This document shows positions 15,440 to 29,751 of a stretch of DNA of 64,000 nucleotides, piece after piece (the stretch's first letter is position 1; every line of letters begins with the position of its first letter). The translations under genes and the position numbers were made by a program. This stretch comes from Eledone cirrhosa (taxonomy: Eukaryota): positions 133,920,001-133,984,000 of the forward strand of contig OZ024745.1 of NCBI GenBank assembly GCA_964016885.1, written 5' to 3'. The notes under the pieces were generated by a model. It did not search any database and had not been told where the DNA came from. It saw only the letters and a list, made by a program, of their open reading frames with translations.

Positions 15440-16263
15440 ACTGGCGGTGGTCGTCTTCTTCCGGATTAGAAGACTGTAAACCCTTCTCCTATTCTTTTCA
15501 TTTCTGACGAACCAGGAAGAAGGGGTTTTACATATCGCGCAGATATCGATGTTATATCTGTTAAGTTCATTACTGATCAGGTCTTATCTTCGCTCCAGGC
15601 TTAAAATGCTGTTCCGGAGTGTTCTTACATTCCAGGAACCAAAATTTGAATTCCTTGTTTTCTGTCAACCTCATATTTGAAGAACCAGACAGCCGCAGTT
15701 TACTACCAGGTTAAAATATTGAGCCAGCATATATTTAGGGCTCCTTTTACCGCTCCTCTCTGTTTATGAAAAGTAGTGCTTTGTCTAAAAGTCCTGCTTT
15801 GTCACCATCAGAGGACACGAATCTCACAAATTGCTCATACGACCTGGTGGTCGACACTGTAAATTTCCAGCTAAGGACTTCCTGTAAAACTCTTTACATA
15901 TGCCTATAGTCTTTGCTCGCTCGCCGGTGGACTTTGTATTAATAGTGAGAGAAGAAATAAAACTGGTAGAGCTGTTGAGTTAGCCACACTTTTAGGAAAT
16001 GTTGATAACAAATGATTGGCGCCAATGTTTACCATAGTGAACAATGTTGATATTGGCGCCAATGTTTACCACAGTGAACAATACATCTCAGGTATTGGAT
16101 GGCCGGTGACTCTCAACAGTTGTTCCGCTCTTTCATGGGTTTTCTTTTTCATCCCACCAATCACGCTCCTTACCAAGCAAGCTTGGTGGGGTTGCGGCTT
16201 TAGTCGCCGAAGAACCGACAGGTTGTACTGGGCTACATGTTACAAGTAGCACTCACGAGAGAC

Positions 16264-16267
<4 letters not shown>
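15440..16267 (-). mobile_element. RTE-clade LINE 5' fragment: 5' UTR plus decayed APE endonuclease N-terminus
   Basis: The minus strand at 15.45-15.66 kb reads GSWNVRTL...ISNELNRYNIDICAIC...GEGFTVF.SG across frameshifts. The 5' end carries the conserved TCAGGT...GCTACT...CATGTAGCCCAGTACAACCTG motif. Confidence 0.75.
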
Positions 16268-16330
<63 letters not shown>

Positions 16331-16344
16331 ATTTTTTGAGACGA

Positions 16345-16790
<446 letters not shown>

Positions 16791-16791
16791 A

Positions 16792-16961
16792 AAAGAAAAT
16801 GCGAAGTAGTTTCAGATGTTAAAGTTCTTTATTGATAAGGCTGTAATACATATTTCAATAACGAGATATATATATATATATATATATATATCGTTATTGA
16901 AATATGTATTACAGCCTTATCAATAAAGAACTTTAACATCTGAAACTACTTTGCATTTTCT
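16792..16961. repeat. Fold-back inverted repeat centred on (TA)n
   Basis: Arms of ~72 bp are near-perfect reverse complements (AAGAAAATGC...AATAACGA / TCGTTATT...GCATTTTCTT). Confidence 0.92.
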
Positions 16962-17099
16962 TATTTTAAATATACTCCGTTATTCCTATGTGGAAAAATT
17001 ACGTAGAGTGCTTGAATTGAATTGCATCAGTATTTACCGTAAGTATATATGTGTGTGTGTGTTTTACTGATGTATATCGTCGAAGGATATAAACATATA

Positions 17100-19100
17100 A
17101 ACATCGAAACTCCTCCACAATTGATGCTATACGAGTTCCTTTGGGCATTTTGTCCTTCTTGGGCATTTTTGTTTTATTTTTCATGTGAGAAATGCAGTGA
17201 ACCAGTGATTACTTTGTTAGAAACTTGTAACCAATGGCGCTATAATCCAGAGAGATATAAAATTATATTTATTAAAATCATTTGAACAAGCGAATTATTT
17301 TTTTCATCGTCTAGCTGAGCTGTCTAAACTACTGCAACTGCAGCAATTGTTGTACTTTAGACTTCATGCGTTAAAGTATTTTTCAATTATTTACAATATA
17401 ACTGAAAGGGAGCTGCTTTAATTTATAATTCATGTATCTTGAAGCCAAAATAAGAATAAGAAGTTAGCACGAAAGCATTGAAATTACTCAGAAGACAGGA
17501 GATTTTGCAGCCGATAATGATCAAAATTATTCCACTGAGAAATAAACAACAATTGAAATATTCTTCATAGTTTTGCAACAACCGCCAGACTATATTAAAT
17601 TCCATATCAACGTTGCTTATTGTACGATGTCTCGACTCCTGAGGTCCCGTGGGCGATTTTAATCATTGAAACACTTGCATTTTCTATGAAGTAAGCCAAG
17701 AAAATTATTAATGTGGCAGTACCTTAACCTCCATATATTCTTCTGGACAGAGTCGCTTAAATATAATTAGTAGTGAGCTATATAACTCGCTATATAAATG
17801 GAAATATATCGATATTTTCTATTTTCGTATATTTGAGAGATAGATCTTTGTACATTAAATATACATAACTTTACCCATCGTTTCTCTCCTCCCTAAGGAA
17901 AAATAAGGAATAAGATTATACCAAAGAAAAGGAAAGATAAATAATCAATAACTGTATCAGTGAACTAAAGAACATTTTTGCTATCTTTTGGGAAATGTAA
18001 CATTGATATTATAATAGGTGTAGTCTCCTTTACATATTTTAGTTACATTTCTCCAAACAATATCTTTACAATTTCCGTAATCTTTCCTAAAGTGGTAATT
18101 GAGTTGAATTTCGTTTAGCAGCCGAAACAGATTTAACAGTGTCTATTTTTTTAATGAAATCTCTCTGGCACAATAGTATCTACTTGATGGTGAATCTAGT
18201 AAAACTACCAGATAAGTAATGTTTTACTCTCGGAGTATTATTTTGCAAGCATGCTCCCTACAACAACGGTATGCATGAGTTGCATGTTGTCTTACCTTTT
18301 CCAACAGTATACTATATTTACCTGTTGATTGAGTGTTCATTGATTGATTGACGAATCCAAACATTGTGGGGAATGGTTAATAAAGATATTTCATTTTGGT
18401 ACAAGGTCAAGAAATTTCAATGAGTGATAAAATCGATTAAATCGACCCCAGTACTAGGCCAGTACTTATTTTATCGAGTCCGGATGAAAGGCAAAGGTGA
18501 ATCACGATGGGATTTGAACTCAGAATGTAAAACGCCGCAACTATGAATAAGTTGTCTGGCACCTTAACAATTCTACCAATCCATAACTCTCTATCATGGA
18601 TAATAACATCGTCTAAATTCTCTCAAATCATCAAACGATTTCCTACACTTGTATTATGGACATGATTGTGCTGCTCATTTCCCTCACGTCTCTACTAACT
18701 CTCATCAATGATAGACTACCAGTGACCAAATATTATCTGCTTTATAATGAACTTGTTACGCATACAAAATAATTCTTCAACTAACAATACTTATAACAAT
18801 TTCAAAATGTATCTCCTCAGTTCTTCAATTGGAATCCAGTTATATTTATCGAACACAAATATATTCTATTTGAGTAAGAATAGTGCGTCGTCAAATGTTT
18901 GCCCATCTTGTTATAGCTATTTGCTGCTCTTTTCATTAATCATGTAAAGTATTTTCATCTAAATATCATCAATATGAGTCCAAACTGAGTTAGGTCCCTT
19001 GTCAATGTAGCTCTTTATTTTGCTTTGAACAACTTTAGATGACTTTCCTATACGGTTGCAGAAATGTTGGCCCCCAATGAAATATAAAGAAAACGACTCT
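17100..19100 (-). pseudogene. Decayed Helitron RepHel-like remnant
   Basis: Collinear degenerate motifs on the minus strand: KSYIDKGP (~19.0 kb, Rep KY..KG.D-like), TGPQESRHRT...LLQNYEEYFNCCL (~17.6 kb), FYISLDYSAIGYKFL (Walker A-like, ~17.25 kb) and TRIASIVEEFR (motif Ia-like, ~17.1 kb). Confidence 0.4.
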
Positions 19101-20703
19101 ACGATAGACTATCAATTTTCCACGCTGTGCAGTTCTCACAGACTTTCCAACTCAGTGCAGTTCTCATTTGTGTCATTTATTCCTGATCATCTGAAGAAAC
19201 CGTTTAACTAATTTACTGATGTAGAACAATTGTCATCTATGGAGAAACACAATAAACTCTACACTGTGCAAATACAGATTCAAATATTCCCTATTGTAAA
19301 TAACCTTTACTTCCTTAGATGTGTCTATTATCAATTACTTAACTTTCCATTATCTATAATATCCATCAATATGTGATCAACTCAGAGCTATATGGTATCG
19401 GCAATAGAAGGCTGGATATCAAAATTCTCTTCTAATCAAACTCTATTTATTCAGTCACCTAAACCCACAAAATACTTGCCAATATTACAGTACGGTTGTT
19501 GTTTAGTCCGAAGCATTCATCCTATCTGTTCCTATTTCTAGATAAGTGTTTCAGAGACAACTATGATTACATTTGGGTGGTACCTCTAACAGAATAAGAA
19601 CTGGTGATCTTTCGGTTGCTTATTAAGACTGTCTTCCACGTACTTCTGTTATCCAGAGTGTCTGACATCCTGCACCCTAATATATCACTTTGTTACCCGG
19701 AACTCTATCTCGTATGTATAATTCTTTAAGCATAAGCACATATACGTGTGCGCACACACAAATATGTATGTATTGTGACATGAGAAATAGAATTTCAGAT
19801 GAGAGAAACGTATATGTGTGAACGTACGTATGCTTTTCTATGTATGCATATGTGTGTTTCTGTGTGCGTCTATGTCCAAGTGAATGTGTGCGTTTATATT
19901 TGTCCATATAACTTCCCTACAAACAAGTTTTATCAGTGTAGAGAAATTTAAATGTCATTAGTACTGCTATTAACATTACCAGAGTCAATTTGCATTCCCT
20001 CTTTCCGTGGGTCGATAAAATAAAGTAGCAGTCAAATACTCACTAATTTAATTGATTAGATTCTCTACAATAATGTGCGGTGTTATGCGATTGCTAGAAA
20101 CAATATCATGAGTTCTACGGTATTATATCATTTCCAAACTGAAGGACTTTACAGGCTTTAGATATTCTCACTTGATAAATTCATTTAGTGCACTTTATAA
20201 TGTTTAGGCGACATTATTCGTAACGTCACAGCATTAATATAACCGACAACACAAAGAGCCTACATGATAATCACCTAGTCAACGTGAGTCGTTGTGATAT
20301 CAACCCTGGCATCTTTCAGTGATTTCTTTGCCTACTTTTCATTATACCACATTTGACAATCATTTCATTAGTGATAGCAGCATGCATCCTGCAGAGAGCT
20401 GCATGATATTCACACACACATACACACCCTGATATATATATATATATATATATTATAATCTGAGTTTTTCAAATATTAATAATAATAATAAACAAGCCTC
20501 ATTTTTAAAGCCATGTCAGTAGAATGAACCCTCATTCTTGCTCTTGCGCTGGCATGTAAACTGATATGCCAAAAGTAGAAACAATTATTTAATATAGATA
20601 TCGACTAGAACACTTTCATTCATATGAAATCATCAGTAATGCATTTCTAGGGATTTCTTGTAAATAAAACAGTTTTAGTCCTTTAGAAGATATTTCTATA
20701 TTA

Positions 20704-20886
20704 AATAATTGTTTATAATTTTGGCACAAGGCCAGCAATTATCCCAGTATATTACTGGTATTTTATTTTATCGACCCCGTAAGGATGGTAGGCGAAGTTA
20801 ACCTCGGCGATATTTGAACTCTGATCATAAAGGGCCCTAACTCTATGCTGTAAAGCATAGCGTCTGACTATCTACCGATACTGCCA
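20704..20886 (-). mobile_element. Major tRNA-derived SINE copy
   Basis: Matches the family core TTTATTTTATCGACCCCGTAAGGATG. Confidence 0.85.
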
Positions 20887-21109
20887 AATGAAGCTTATAC
20901 TCTACTGATGTATTGGGTACCTTATTTAACTGTGGTTACCCCCGAATTTACTCGGGATCCACACACGAACACACATAAAATATCGAGTTTCGATCTGGAA
21001 ATCGTGGTAGACCACAAATAGAACAGAAGGCAACGAGTATTTTATGAATATATTCCACAATTTAAACAATTTCGTTGTGCTTAATATAGCCGCATACATT
21101 ACATACAGA

Positions 21110-21176
<67 letters not shown>

Positions 21177-21660
21177 ATATATTGGTCACTAACCCAAACA
21201 TTTTATTGAGAAATGATATGGTACTTAAACAGCAATAACCAGGGTGTATCTCGATGTGTCTATAGTATTACTATTCATGTACAATAATGCCCGACTTTGA
21301 CTATTTCTGGTATTTTATGATATATTTCGCCGCTGTGTTCTATATCTTGTTAAATATTTTGAGAGACTAAATCAGATTTATCCTGGAAATTATGTGACGG
21401 ATTTCTTTAATAAATACAACGTTGAACAACGTGCAATGAAGCGTCATTTTATTTGATGATTTAAATCTACACACAGACAGACACACCATATATTTGTGCA
21501 TAGATACATATACGTACAAGCTGGGTATGTCTCTCTATCTATCTCTCCCTCCCTCTCTCTCTCTATATATATATAGAGAGAGGGAGGGGGGGTAGAGATA
21601 GATAGATAGATAGATAGATACCCAGTTTGAATATATATGTATGTATATATATATGTGTAC

Positions 21661-21722
<62 letters not shown>

Positions 21723-21912
21723 GTGTGTGCATATAGATATGTGTGTGTGCGTGTATCTACAAATATGTAAATATATCTATCTCTTTATCTCTCTCTCTCT
21801 AATATATATATTATATATATGGCGATTGGCGGGGGGGGGGGGGGTCTCATGTCTATGTATAACATAGATTCATATTAATATATATATATATAAACCGGAG
21901 TATTCGTCAGCG

Positions 21913-21962
<50 letters not shown>

Positions 21963-22382
21963 TATATGTGAATGTGTATATGCATGAATGTATTTATATA
22001 CATAAGATATAAAGACAGCCCACATCAAAGACATTTTCACCGATACCTTCAAAGTGAATTGGGATATAACAAAGGATGTTTGTTACAAATACAATAGTTT
22101 TCGATTAAAAAAACTTATGCGTGAAAACTTTATATTTCCTGTCCGTGGTTTCGACTTGATAAATCTGATTGTGCTGCAATGGACGCCTATTCCACGGGCT
22201 GTTCATCTCTACTGAATGTTTAACTTGTGATTGTTAAACCAGGAACGCGCGTGGAAGGAATATGTGGTAAGCGGTCATTCGCATTTTGAACAAATCAATA
22301 TGTGTGGATAGAGATATACAGCCATAGAAATCCTTGATGGTATGGAATATGTATTATAGATGTTAATTATGTTTGTATGTGT

Positions 22383-22449
<67 letters not shown>

Positions 22450-22523
22450 CATATATACGTACATATATGTATATATATTTATGTATATATATATAGATAT
22501 AGATAGATAGTTAGATAGATAGT

Positions 22524-22601
<78 letters not shown>

Positions 22602-22792
22602 TGTATATATATATATATATATGTGTGTGTATACATGTTCTTGTCTTATGGTAAACAGGAGAAACTCAAAAATTAACAAAACTCAGTTTTTAGCCTTAAT
22701 ATAAATGAATATTTAAACATTGGTATTGAGTACTCCTTTCTTTCAGCCCTCAACCACAAGTATAAATATTTCTTCTTTAATTTGTCATTCTA

Positions 22793-22829
22793 CTTTCTGA
22801 TGAAGGACTAACGTCCGAAACGTTAAGAC
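22793..22829 (+). ncRNA. Minimal type-I hammerhead ribozyme-like motif
   Basis: CTGATGA-A-GGAC-TAAC-GTCC-GAAACGTT-AAG with a palindromic ACGU stem III. Stem I is weak (~3 bp). Confidence 0.55.
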
Positions 22830-22902
22830 TCTTTCCTACTATATCTAACGTAAAACTAAAAATACATTTATTCATTGTAATGTGCATTTGCTTTAATTTG
22901 CT

Positions 22903-23016
<114 letters not shown>

Positions 23017-23247
23017 GAGTTTATGTTGAGTTTATGACTCCAGTTCCCCAGTGAAATAACAACCCAACAAGGAACTGGGCATATCAGAGTATTGACAATA
23101 TTATACACCTAAACAACATATGTACTTGTCTATACCATACTAATTCAAACTGCCTGAAGAGGTCACAGCCAAAGATGGCTGTCACTGAAATATATATAGC
23201 AGTAATAAACGAAGCTAAATTTTAATCATTTGACTTTTATTTAACTT

Positions 23248-23279
<32 letters not shown>

Positions 23280-23281
23280 CA

Positions 23282-25140
23282 CCTAGAGAAAATCAAACTT
23301 GCTCCTGTAGAATCAAAAGTGAATGCCCATTACAAGGTAAATGCAACACCAAAGCCATTGTATATGCGGCTAAAGTGACAACCATCAGCAACAACCATCC
23401 AGCCACCAGTGAACGATATGTGGGTATGACGCAAGACAGATTCAAAACGCGTTATTACTCACATGTCGCATCCTTTCGACATCCAGAAAAAAGATTTACA
23501 ACAGCTCTGGCTAGCAGAATTTGGGATTTGAAAGACCAAGGCATCCAATATAAACTAGATTGGTCAATTTTGAACCAATCTAAAAAATATGCTAGAGGAA
23601 CAAGAAAATGCACGCTCTGCATAAATGAAAAATTTTGGATATTGCAAAATCTTAAATCACCAAAGACCTGCCTGAACACAAAGACGGAAATTTTCACCAG
23701 TTGCCCACACATGAAATCACACCTGCTTTCCAGCTCATATAAACTTAACACACTTTCAGATACTTATCCTCCATAAACTCTTATTATTCTCTTTTTAATT
23801 ACCCTTTCTGACTTACTTTCATTTTTATCCTTGTCAATAATTTCATTTATTTTCACTTTTATTTATTTTTACTTCATATTTCCCCCCCCCCCCCTCCCTT
23901 TATTCTCCGATCCACTTCCTATTTTCTATATTTTACTTCCCCTTCTTTTACTTCCCTTTTTCCTCCACTAACTGATTACACTTGTCTTTTGTGTTTTTCA
24001 ATCCAGATATTTTCATTTTTATTTTATTTTTGCGCAGCCTATCTTACAATTTTATATTTGTACTTATTTATCCACATTTCAATATGGCTGAACGCCTTAA
24101 TGTGTGTATACTTTTTATATATGTACATGAGTGACTACGTATGTGCGCGCGCGTGCGTGTGTGTATGTGTGTATGTGTATGTGTGTGTGTGTATGTGTAT
24201 ATGTGTGTGTGTGTACAGGTGTTTGTGTGTGTGTGTGTATGTATATATTATGCGTATGTGTACGTGTCTTTATATCCGTGTTTTTGACATCTCGGTTTTA
24301 TGTTTTGTTCCTTTTTTCTTCTCCCCCCCCCCCTTCCTTTTTTTACTTACTCAGTTTCATACGTGGGCATGTAAACAGGTTTATATGCGTGAGTATAAGT
24401 ATGTGTGTGTGTGTGGGTATATGTACGTATCGAACGTATGGAAGTGTAAGTGCGCGTGTTTATATAAGCATAATTATTTTTACATTTCTTTTGTGAGACA
24501 CGCGTGTCTGTGTATGTATATACCCCCCTTTTTTTGTTTTCTTTAATTTTTTCTTTCTAATTTATCGTTATTATATTTTTATAAATATATCGAGACTGAC
24601 CCTTTTCTTTTAATTATTACACTCCCTTACCTCCTTTCTTTCCGCACCTAAGCGTACGAGTGTCCAGGCGTTTTATGCGCGCGCCTTCATATTCGTATAT
24701 TTACGATGTAACCATTTCTGTTTGTATAATACAGACATATAGATACATTTGCCCTATTTTAGAATTACGCACACTTTCTCACTATACATGTACATGTACA
24801 CATATACATATATGCACATCTGTGAGCGTATATACATACATATACACACACCTAGCTATATTTCTTGATAGATTTTTATATATTTCAATTTCTATTTCAT
24901 TTATCTATATCTTTTTTTGATTTTCTTGATGTGTTTTTCTAAGTGTTTGCCCATGTTTTATATTGCCTCGTCTGACGAACGAATGAAGTCGTTTATTTCG
25001 TATTCGCCTCATTCGGGAAACCTCTGGTAATGAGGTAATTATATTGTATTGATTTTTATACATTAAATTTTGCTCTGATACTTACATAGAGCACTCTTCA
25101 TTTCTATGACCTTTTCTGTTTCCAACGGAAATTTCAATAC
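23282..25140 (+). mobile_element. 5'-truncated Penelope-like element: GIY-YIG endonuclease (23282-23776), 3' UTR and hammerhead
   Basis: Open frame CSCRIKSECPLQGKC..AIVY...YVGMT..RFKTRYYSH..SF...CTLCINEK...LN...CPH. Both ends abut (TA)n. Confidence 0.85.
24963..25038 (+). ncRNA. Type-I hammerhead ribozyme
   Basis: Stem I TTGCCTCGT/ATGAGGTAA, CTGACGA, stem II CGAATGA/TCATTCG (A.G at the closing position), GAAA, stem III CC-TCT-GG, UA site. Confidence 0.75.
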
Positions 25141-25191
25141 TTATATATATATATATATAAAATATATAAAATATATAAAATATATATATAT

Positions 25192-25263
<72 letters not shown>

Positions 25264-25439
25264 TGTGTATCTGTCTGTTTGTATGTATAGAAACATAAAG
25301 ACAGTGAGAGAGAAAGAGAGAGAGGGGGGGGGGTAAATTGGAAATAACACGGAAAATATATTTTAGGGTCTGCTTTTCTTTTTTTTATTTCTTTGATTCA
25401 TCAATGTGACATTATTGAAAAAAATGAGAGGGCAATTCT

Positions 25440-26745
25440 TTTAAAAAACAGTTTTATAATGTATATATAGTATATAAAGTATTACCGGTTTCGATGTATT
25501 AGTAAAATTCATCTTATCAAATGTTGAGTATTACGATTAAAAGAATTAATAAAAATTAAAATTTAAAAATTAAAGATTTAAAATTAAGAGGTAAGTTTTT
25601 TCAACTTCCTTGTTGAGAAGGAGACTGGAAAATGAAGTCTTGTGTATAGTGAGAGAGGTGTAGTCATGATAGTAGCAGCAGTGGTAGTGGTGGTAGTTGT
25701 GTTTCTTCACAGAACAAAATTGTTTTTAGGGACAAAGGAAATATTCTGTAAATATGTGTGTGTATCTCAATTGTGTTAATGGACTGGTCAAGAGTTTAGA
25801 TGGTGAGGGGGGGATTGTAAGCTAGAGACAAATTCTGTGGGATTGTCAACAGTGGGGATGTAAAAGAGATTCTATTTGGGGATATGGTTTTAGAGAGTGT
25901 GGGTGTGAGAGTGTGAGAGTGTATATATAAAAAAATACACACATGTGGGAGGTGCGTGTATGTGGGGGAGATAGAGAGAATCTAATGGGGGTGTTTACAT
26001 ATTTAATTTTGGTTTAAATTTGTTAATAAATAGTTTTTCTTTATTCATTCTTTGTTGTTGAGTGAAATAATCGGGGCACATGTAAAGGGAGAAGATTTTA
26101 AAGTTGGTAGGATCATTCCTGTAGAATCTGCAATGTGGCTACTTAACGGGATTTTTTCTTATGTTTACGTCTCGGCTCTGTTGACGCTGGGTGGTCATTT
26201 TTTGCGTAATAACGCACCCGCCTGACCTATGTAGTTATGTCGACAGCCACTGCATGTGATTATGTAGATCAGGTTCTCTGAGTTGCAAGTGAAGTTGTTT
26301 TCCATTGTGAAATTTTGGCCATCTTTAAACGTGAATTTTTGTCCTTCAATTAAGTATAGGCATGAGCCACAGTTTGTTCTTCTGTATTTTGTTACCGTAA
26401 GGTTGGTGATTGGTTGTGTATATTTGTCCCAGTGAGAATGTGTTTTAGGGATTGGGTTGCCTTTTACTTTTAATGATCTTGTGTGTTTCTAGAATTTTTT
26501 TCATTTTTTCATCTTTAAATAGAATGGGGAGGTTTTTGTGTAGGAGGTCGAACATTTCGGTGTTTCTGGTGTTGAACATATGGTAAGGTATTTGTTGTGG
26601 TTCTGTGCTTTGGGTTGTTGGGTTGATGAAAATTTGCGTGTTTTGCTCTGTATATACCGTTACCAATTATGTCAAGTGGGAAGGCTCTTAAGGTAAGTGT
26701 GTTTTTTAGTTCATTTAGTTTTGTCCCCGTCTGATACAATGGTGT
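25440..26745 (-). mobile_element. 5'-truncated, frameshifted Penelope-like element (Neptune-like): RT thumb/linker, GIY-YIG and 3' UTR
   Basis: Minus strand: LRAFPLDIIGNGIYRA, KIIKSKRQP, NCGSC...FTCNSENLIYIITCSGCRHNYIGQ. A degenerate hammerhead (TTGATAA-GATG..CATC-GAAACCGGTA) lies near 25480-25520. Confidence 0.85.
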
Positions 26746-26835
26746 ATATATATCTATCTATATATATATATATATAAAGTATTTCTGTATAAAGGTACAG
26801 GAAAAAAGAGTCCTCTATGTAGGCTACAGAGCTTA

Positions 26836-27577
26836 TTAGTTATGTAATAAACAACATAAGATAATTATTTCATTTACCAGTGGTTTCTTGAAGGCGGATG
26901 TTGTGTCTGTCTTCAGTCGTCAGAATGAATAAATAACATGGTGTTTTTATTAAATATGGATTTGAAAACAAAATTTATGAAATATGAAAGTGAGGCTGAA
27001 ACAAACGGGCAAAAAGGAATTAAGGGAAAAAAATATAAAAAATATATATATAAAAATAAATATCCAGAACATAAACATACACACACTCCACTACGCGCAT
27101 ATACTAAAAAGTACGTAGACGTATACTTTCTCACATAAGCGTATTTGCGTCTACATAGAAATACGAACAGAAACATAAATACATACACATACATATACAC
27201 AGATATATATGCACTCAAATATATATCTGTGTATATGTATGTGTATGTATTTATGTTCCTCTTCGTATTTCTATGTAGACGCAAATACGCTTATGTGAGA
27301 AAATATACGTCTACGTACTTTTTAGTATATGCGCGTGGTTGGGTGTGTGTATGTTTATGTTCTGGATATTTATTTTTTATATGTATTTTTTATATTTTTT
27401 CCCCTATTTCCTTTTTGCCCGTTTTTTTCAGCCTCACTTTCATATTTCCGGAATTTTGTTTTCAAATCCATATTTAATAAAAACACCATTCTGACGACTG
27501 AAGACAGACATAACATCTGCCTTCAAGAAACCACTGGTAAATGAAATAATTATCTTATGTTGTTTATTACATAACTA
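26836..27577. repeat. ~740-bp near-perfect palindrome with a hammerhead in each arm
   Basis: Arms of ~365 bp with a short spacer near 27214. Hammerheads CTGACGA-C-TGAAG...CTTCA-A-GAAACCACTGGTA-AATG lie at ~26868-26930 (-) and ~27487-27544 (+). Confidence 0.9.
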
Positions 27578-27578
27578 A

Positions 27579-27617
<39 letters not shown>

Positions 27618-27643
27618 TATACATAGGTGTATAAATATATATT

Positions 27644-27674
<31 letters not shown>

Positions 27675-27696
27675 ATATATATGTATGTACATATAC

Positions 27697-27755
<59 letters not shown>

Positions 27756-27896
27756 TATATGTACATGTGTATATATGTACATATATATATACATATATAC
27801 ATATATATATATATGTATATTTATACATATATACATATATGTATATATATATATAGATATAGGTATATGTATATTTATATATATATATATATATAT

Positions 27897-27941
<45 letters not shown>

Positions 27942-28024
27942 TACATATATGTATATATATATACATATATACATATATAGCTCAATGTAAAATAACAAGT
28001 ATATTACAGAGCCGAAATACAGTG

Positions 28025-28115
<91 letters not shown>

Positions 28116-29008
28116 TATCTGTATGAATGAACATTTAGCTCTATTCGTGTATTTACATACATTTCTCATGTTTCTCTGAGATGTAATCTGAAACGTCATA
28201 ATTTATCAGATTCTTCTCTCTATTTCGCCCGAAGTCCTTTGTTTCCACTCTAATGTCCATGATATTGCTATTTCGTTGAGGAAAAACACCTCTGCTTTGA
28301 AAGATTGCTTTTAGAATGGTATAAGAAAGTGTAATATCAATTCTATATCTCGAAATGTGTACTAATTCTTTCCATAAGAAATACAATACAACTATTTATG
28401 CCATACGACTTTATACGATAAGGCAGTACATGAGCACACATAAGTATATGTTCGTTTCTTAAATTAAATCGCTATAAATCAGGATTAATAAATAGTGAAA
28501 TGTTGATGAAGAGAACATATCTCATCCCTGAGGATATATTTGTAAATATAAAAAGGGACATATTGTTTGATGCTTAGAAAGCTTTCACAGATCAGAACAT
28601 TTTCAAATAATGACTTTTGTATTCCCGAAAGATCTTTCGGGCTTTCAATATTAGATTATTCGAATTGCTTTCTTTTGTCTTGTTATTTTTACCTTGCTAG
28701 AAACGGTCGTCAAATTCACAAATTTCTCCAGTTTCCGTTAGGTTCTTCAAAGTATAAAACATTCTACTCTCTCCATATTTAGAAAAAAAAATTACGAAAA
28801 TGTTTTCCTAATTTCTTTGTGAACAATATCATGGAGTGCGCAAAGGGCATTTTGTATGTTTTCAACTTATAGGTGAATCCAGATATAAATTCTAATTATG
28901 TTGGCATAATGTCAATAGATACAGTCTAAAATTAGTTGTATTTCGTGATACATTAAACTCCTAGCAAACCTTATGCTGTGTAATGTCGATTATGATGTTA
29001 CCATAAAT

Positions 29009-29126
<118 letters not shown>

Positions 29127-29486
29127 TGTTATACATGCGCAAACGAGGCACACAACATACAACGCACAAAAACAATATGGTGTAAGACAGAACAAAGGAG
29201 AGACAGAAAATAAGAACCTAGTAACTGAGGAGGTCACAGAATGTGTGACGAAAGAGCTTTGACAATATATAAACAACCATCCGGTTATCAAACCAACCAG
29301 CCAACCGGAAACTTATAATAAATTGAAGTGAAAACCGACAGGTGCGTGTGTTTTTACTAGCAGCATGACCCTCCCAAAGTATAACGATATCTGTTTCAAC
29401 ACGTTTTCAGATAAGAAATCTTGCAAAACAAATTAAAAAACGAAACATATATATATATGTGGGGGGGGGGTCGTGTGTGTGTGTGT

Positions 29487-29546
<60 letters not shown>

Positions 29547-29644
29547 ATATATATGGTGCTATGGCCTAGACCAATACTGGCCGAAACCTATCAATCGGGG
29601 GTAACCACACCAAGTAAGGTACTCAATACAAAGCAGAGTATAAA

Positions 29645-29751
29645 TATTTGATATAGAAAAGGCTTCTACAGGACTAGAACTGTTTCATTCGGGTGATTTC
29701 TCCCGAATGGAACAGTTCTAGTCCTGTAGAAGCCTTTTCTACATCAAATAT
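29645..29751. repeat. Fold-back inverted repeat (related to 12385-12460)
   Basis: ATATTTGATATAGAAAAGGCTTCTACAGGACTAGAACTGTT..TTCGGG / CCCGAA..AACAGTTCTAGTCCTGTAGAAGCCTTTTCTACATCAAATAT. Confidence 0.9.
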
